Source: Candidatus Poribacteria bacterium (GTDB taxonomy: Bacteria; Poribacteria; WGA-4E; JAJDTR01). Taken from it: a stretch of DNA of 64,000 bases. Every line of letters starts with the position of its first letter. The stretch's first letter is position 1. The notes under the pieces were generated by a model that saw only the letters and a list, made by a program, of their open reading frames with translations, had not been told where the DNA came from and did not search any database. The stretch spans positions 2,304,001 through 2,368,000 of the forward strand of contig CBDCTK010000002.1 of assembly GCA_965222225.1 (NCBI GenBank), read 5' to 3'. This document shows, one piece after another, positions 59,739 to 64,000 of the stretch. The position numbers and the translations under genes are program-made.

Positions 59739-61142
59739 ATGCGGACCGCGTCAACCGATACGCCCGAGTCAGAAATACAGAATAACGAGGAAAACAAACG
59801 CGAGCGCAATCGCAATTTTAGATTCGCCATGTTGCAAGGCACGTTCATGCGAATGAGTTTTACTTTGATTGATGCCGCGACAATCCTCCCCGCCTTTGTT
59901 TATACCCTCACTCAATCAAAGATTCTGGTCGGACTGACGGGATCGCTGCAGCCAGCCGGTTGGATGTGGCCTCAGCTCCTGATGTCGAATCTACTTGAGC
60001 ATCGTCCGCGGAAGATGAAATTCTACGCATTTGGAATGGCTGTCCGCATCACGATGTGGGTGGCTATCTGTCTCGCCGTAATCTTCATCGGCGCCCAACG
60101 ACCGGTGACGCTTGCCATCTGCTTCCTGATGTTCTATTTCATTGCCGCCTCGGCGATGGGCGTCTCGACAATTCCCTACATGGATATTATCTCAAAGGCG
60201 TTCGGCCCGCGGCTCAGAACACAATACTTCAGCCTTCGCCAACTCTACGGCGGTTTGTGCAGCGTCCTTCTCGGTTTCTTCATTCGAGCGGTGCTGGGCA
60301 AAGAATCGGAATTCATTGGCCCCTTTGGCGGCGTTACCCGGTTCTTTAAGTCACTCGTCAATTTCTTTGTTTTCTCGGTGTTGGGATTGAGCTCCGAGCT
60401 GTCGTTTCCTTACACCTATTGCACCCTGTTTGTCTGCGCAATCGTGACCTTCAGCTTGTCAGTGATGTTCTTTCTCAGAATCCGTGAACCTGTCGGACCC
60501 GTGCAAGCCTCGCGTCAGCCCATCAGGCAACACCTCAAACGCGGCCCCTATTTCCTGCGGATAGATGCGAATTATCGACGACTTCTGTTACTCCGGATCT
60601 GCCACCACTCCGCCGGAATGTCAGTTCCGTTCTATGTCCCGTTCGCCATGCAGAACCTTGGCATTTCAGAGGCAACAGTCGGCTCTTTCCTCATCACCAT
60701 GGCGCTCACCGGCGTGGTCTCAAACATCTGGTGAGCTCATGTCGCGAACCATTACGGCGTCAGATGGGTCTTGATAATGACCGCGGCAATCATGGCGCTG
60801 CCACCTCTGTTCGCGCTTCTGGTGCGATTCTTGCCGCTCGCTTGGCGGACGCCATGCTATTATCTGGTGTTCTCGGCAGAAGGGGCCTCCATAGGCGGCA
60901 TGTGGGTTGGTTTCATGGCATATCTGCTCAATATCGCTCCGCCATTGAGTCGCCCAACCTATCTCGGGTTTATGAATACCCTTCTGTTTCCGATGAGTTT
61001 CGCTCCTCTTCTTGGAGGTGTATTGGTAAACACTGTGAATTACGGCGGGTTGTTCCTCATGTCGATCGCCTGCGGCGTCCTGGCCCTTCTGGTCACAAGA
61101 CGACTGGACAACGACGTTTATGAGGATGAAGGCAGCATCTGA
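59739..61142 (+). pseudogene. MFS transporter with an internal in-frame TGA
   Basis: ORFs 59739 and 60771 are in the same frame with a single TGA at 60732; many TM helices; RPTYLG motif. Confidence 0.8.
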
Positions 61143-61276
61143 ACCAAGCCGCCCCTGCAGGAGAGGAACTTGGCTATCCTCGATTTTTTTCGATCTCACA
61201 ATTGAAGATAGAACCTTGAATCCCCAAATCTTATTAAATTAGTTCCTGCTGAGTGCGTACCGTCTACCATCTCCTT

Positions 61277-61490
61277 TGTAGGGTGGGCACTGCCCACCAT
61301 CGCCTTGTAAACGCCTTATTCCTATAGCCAAAATGTGACCATTTCTCGCACTCCAGCGGAAATCAAGCAAGTGAATAATGAACGATCGAGCGAACGAATA
61401 ACGAGTGATCAACTGACTGGATAAGGAAGGCGATAGCAATCCCATAGAGATCCCTCAAGCGAGGGAGTACCGAGTGCGATAGAGATTCTC
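61277..61490 (+). repeat. Intact REP followed by a chain of 37-nt units
   Basis: GTAGGGTGGGCACTGCCCACCA; units at ~61362, 61384 and 61407; CCCATAGAGATCCCTCAAGCGAG identical to 34171. Confidence 0.8.
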
Positions 61491-61957
61491 AATGTCTATA
61501 GCAAGAAATCACCTCTCTTTCCCGCTCCAGAGGAGCGGAATGTTATCATTTCCATGAAAGTTCAATATCATCTCAATAAGATGTGGAGAGCGGTAAACCC
61601 TTATCGGTAGGAAGTCAGCGCCTTGATGGTCACAGATTTTCTAGATTCAGGCGCAGTTGTCCCGTTCGGTAATTTGGTTTGACATGCCAATCGTCTTCAG
61701 GTATTCTTTTTCAAGGTAACGGGTGCGCAAACAAAGCAACGCGAAGGAGGCTATAAGTATGGGACAGCAGAAGCAAAAATCCCACGTCAGCTATTCCAAA
61801 GACGCCGTATTCAAGGATAGCCTTAACACGACCGCCAAGGATGGACAGCGTGCCGGGCCATGACGAATAACAGAGCAGGAAACCGTTCCAAATTTTGATA
61901 GGACGATTGACTGTCCGTTGACGGAATATCCCCGTTCTGTTTGAGGAGAAAACAACC

Positions 61958-62824
61958 ATGGCAAAGGAAGTCGTTGGTTTCATCGGTCTCGGCAATATGG
62001 GCAAGCCGATGGCGGACAATATTACCCGCGCCGGATACGAAATGGTGGTCTTCGACATCGCCGGGACAGCAGAACGCGCATCTGAAGGAGCGACGATTGC
62101 CGCGTCGGTGCACGACGTAGCAGAACAATCGACAACCGTCTTCCTAAGCCTCCCAACGCTTGTCGCCCATACCGAAGTCGCAACGGAGATTGCCGAAAGT
62201 AACGTACGCGAGGGGCTTGTTGTGGTTAATACATCAACGGTCGGAGCAAGAGTTGCCGCCGAAGCTCACCAACGGCTCAGTGAAAAAGGCGTCGGTTATG
62301 CTGACGCCCCCGTGTCCGGAGGCGCGTCCGGCGCACGGAAGGGCACCCTCACCGTCATCTTTTCCGGCGACGCAACGCTGTTCACGCGGTTACAGCCGTT
62401 ATTCGACATTATCGGCGCCAACAGTTTCAACGTTGGTAGCGAACCCGGTCAAGGGCAGCGGATGAAGATGGTGAACAATCACCTGGCAATCTCAGCCCTG
62501 CTTACCACGAGCGAAGCGTTGGCGTATGGAGAGACGGGCGGACTCGACATGAAAACCATGCTTGATATCCTAAACGTGTCTTCCGGACGGAGCTATACCA
62601 CCGAGCACATATTTCCGAACTTCGTCCTCACCGAAACTTACGACAGCGGCGGTCAGGCATCAATCATTCGGAAGGATATCGGGTTGTTTGTTCAAGAGTC
62701 AATAACAGATGGATGCCGCCATGGTCTGGCGAAAACGACGCTTGACCTCTTGGAGGCATTTGATGACGAGAACCCCGACAGCGACCAAACGGAGATTTAT
62801 CCCTATATTTGCCACAAAAAGTAG
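61958..62824 (+). CDS. NAD(P)-dependent oxidoreductase, 3-hydroxyisobutyrate dehydrogenase family
   Basis: GFIGLGNMG, DAPVSGG and KMVNN motifs. Confidence 0.92.
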   Translation: MAKEVVGFIGLGNMGKPMADNITRAGYEMVVFDIAGTAERASEGATIAASVHDVAEQSTTVFLSLPTLVAHTEVATEIAESNVREGLVVVNTSTVGARVAAEAHQRLSEKGVGYADAPVSGGASGARKGTLTVIFSGDATLFTRLQPLFDIIGANSFNVGSEPGQGQRMKMVNNHLAISALLTTSEALAYGETGGLDMKTMLDILNVSSGRSYTTEHIFPNFVLTETYDSGGQASIIRKDIGLFVQESITDGCRHGLAKTTLDLLEAFDDENPDSDQTEIYPYICHKK

Positions 62825-62826
62825 CT

Positions 62827-62965
62827 GTAGGGTGCGATCCACCGACTGATTAAGGAGGGCGATAGAAAGTCTTGATAGAGATCCTACCAGCCTCTAAAAG
62901 CCTAGGGTGGATCAAACGAGTGGATAACGATCAAGCGAACGAATAGTGAGTGCGATAGAAATCTC
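62827..62965 (+). repeat. REP filled with the unit, plus further units
   Basis: GTAGGGTGC[GATC...GAGATCCT]ACCAGCCT; more units at 62910 and 62929. Confidence 0.85.
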
Positions 62966-63053
62966 GCAGGCAATTGTTCCTCAAATGCAAAAATATGGCA
63001 TTGCCATCTATTTTTCAAACAAACTCTAAATAAACCTGATTCTCCAACCGAAA

Positions 63054-63842
63054 ATGAAACTAACGACAATGCAAACTAATTCATGGACGACCAAAGCCGT
63101 AATCGGTGTAGGTGTCCTCTCCATCTTCGTTGGCGGGGCACTAATCGTACGCCGTATCACCGCCTCCTCCGACGAATCGCCTCGCGTCGTTTATCAACTT
63201 CCCAAGACGAGGAACTCCGAACAGAGAAAGCAACTCCTCCAACGAATCACACGCGCACAGGTGAGGCGGGTGCCGAAAGCTGCCGCAACCCCTTCCGACG
63301 ATCGAAGTGAGAGCGAATTTAGCCAGAGCAATTCAGTCTCCGACCGGGATGAAACAGAGGAACGTTTTGACGCCATAGAATTCGAAGAATGGGCTGAAGA
63401 GGAACAGTACGAGGAGCTGACCGCTTATGACAAGATATACGACAATCTGTATAGCACCACCACGAGAATTCAATCGGTCATGAAGCAGATAGAACGCATT
63501 GATGAGGAAGTCGAACGAGTTTTCGGCGAGTGGAAACGCAACGTCCGTGATCCGAAAAATCTCACCGAGGAAGAGGAACGCACGATCGCGGAGGCAAAGG
63601 AGGAGATGGAGGCCATGTTTGAGGCACGTGAAGAATTAAACGAGAGCTTGGGCTCGTTCGTTGAAGATGTCGCGAGCGCTGTGCCGAGCGCGCTTCGCAC
63701 GCAATCCTATGGGGCCGAAAAACAGCGTCTAAGTTTCGATTACGGTCAGATTCGCTCGGCGCTTGGCGCCCCCCCGGAGCAACACAACACACAACTCTCC
63801 GAATTTTTCGCGTCATTCGAATATTGGAGCGTGTCAAAATAA
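63054..63842 (+). CDS. Membrane-anchored acidic coiled-coil hypothetical protein
   Basis: N-terminal TM helix, VVYQLP, E-rich helical C-terminus. Confidence 0.7.
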   Translation: MKLTTMQTNSWTTKAVIGVGVLSIFVGGALIVRRITASSDESPRVVYQLPKTRNSEQRKQLLQRITRAQVRRVPKAAATPSDDRSESEFSQSNSVSDRDETEERFDAIEFEEWAEEEQYEELTAYDKIYDNLYSTTTRIQSVMKQIERIDEEVERVFGEWKRNVRDPKNLTEEEERTIAEAKEEMEAMFEAREELNESLGSFVEDVASAVPSALRTQSYGAEKQRLSFDYGQIRSALGAPPEQHNTQLSEFFASFEYWSVSK

Positions 63843-63860
63843 CCCATGCACACCAAACCC

Positions 63861-63973
63861 GTAGGCGGGGATCAACCGAGCGGATAGCGAGGGCGATAGA
63901 GAGCCCCTTGCCCCGCATCTGATAGACTTGATTGACGCTATTTATACACTGCAAATATAGGGAAATGGTATAA
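63861..63973 (+). repeat. REP filled with a 37-nt unit + conserved tail
   Basis: GTAGGCGGG[unit 63870..63906]CTTGCCCCGC...GAAATGGTATAA. Confidence 0.85.
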
Positions 63974-64000
63974 ACAGCGAACAGGAATCGCCACTTCCCC

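Noticed and set aside
49587-60734. Stop-codon recoding or selenocysteine at the in-frame TAA and TGA
   Set aside because: The two codons differ, both are used as normal stops throughout the window, the MFS context is not a redox site, and no SECIS was recognised.
62995-63007. Sigma54 promoter upstream of 63054
   Set aside because: TGGCA is present but there is no GC at the -12 position; it is just a short palindrome (ATGGCATTGCCAT).
10838-63906. 37-nt unit as a CRISPR repeat
   Set aside because: Copies are dispersed or directly abutting, lack regular unique spacers, are too variable, and no cas genes are present.

Overview
This is a 64-kb bacterial window that looks like Candidatus Poribacteria. 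That taxonomy is an inference from three PhyH dioxygenases, a sulfatase, kelch and TolB-like propellers, an Rpn gene and a C-terminal WGxIK motif. Most of the window is accessory catabolic genes. It also holds a sigma54 activator with a clear -24/-12 promoter, a five-gene TolB-like propeller array, and a degenerate island (~25.4-32.1 kb) with one intact Cre-like tyrosine recombinase plus co-oriented 3' remnants (two in the island, a third at ~22.0-22.3 kb). The most unusual signal is intergenic. A 37-nt non-palindromic unit (consensus GATCAACTGAGCGGATAGCGAAGGCGATAGAGATCCC) occurs as about 14 near-full and many partial or stuttered copies. It varies in a position-specific way and repeatedly sits inside GTAG-type REP hairpins, with empty and filled versions of the same REP both visible. 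Seven genes are broken by single lesions, which could be real or assembly errors. No rRNA, tRNA or CRISPR array was recognised. All calls are by eye; no database searches were run.
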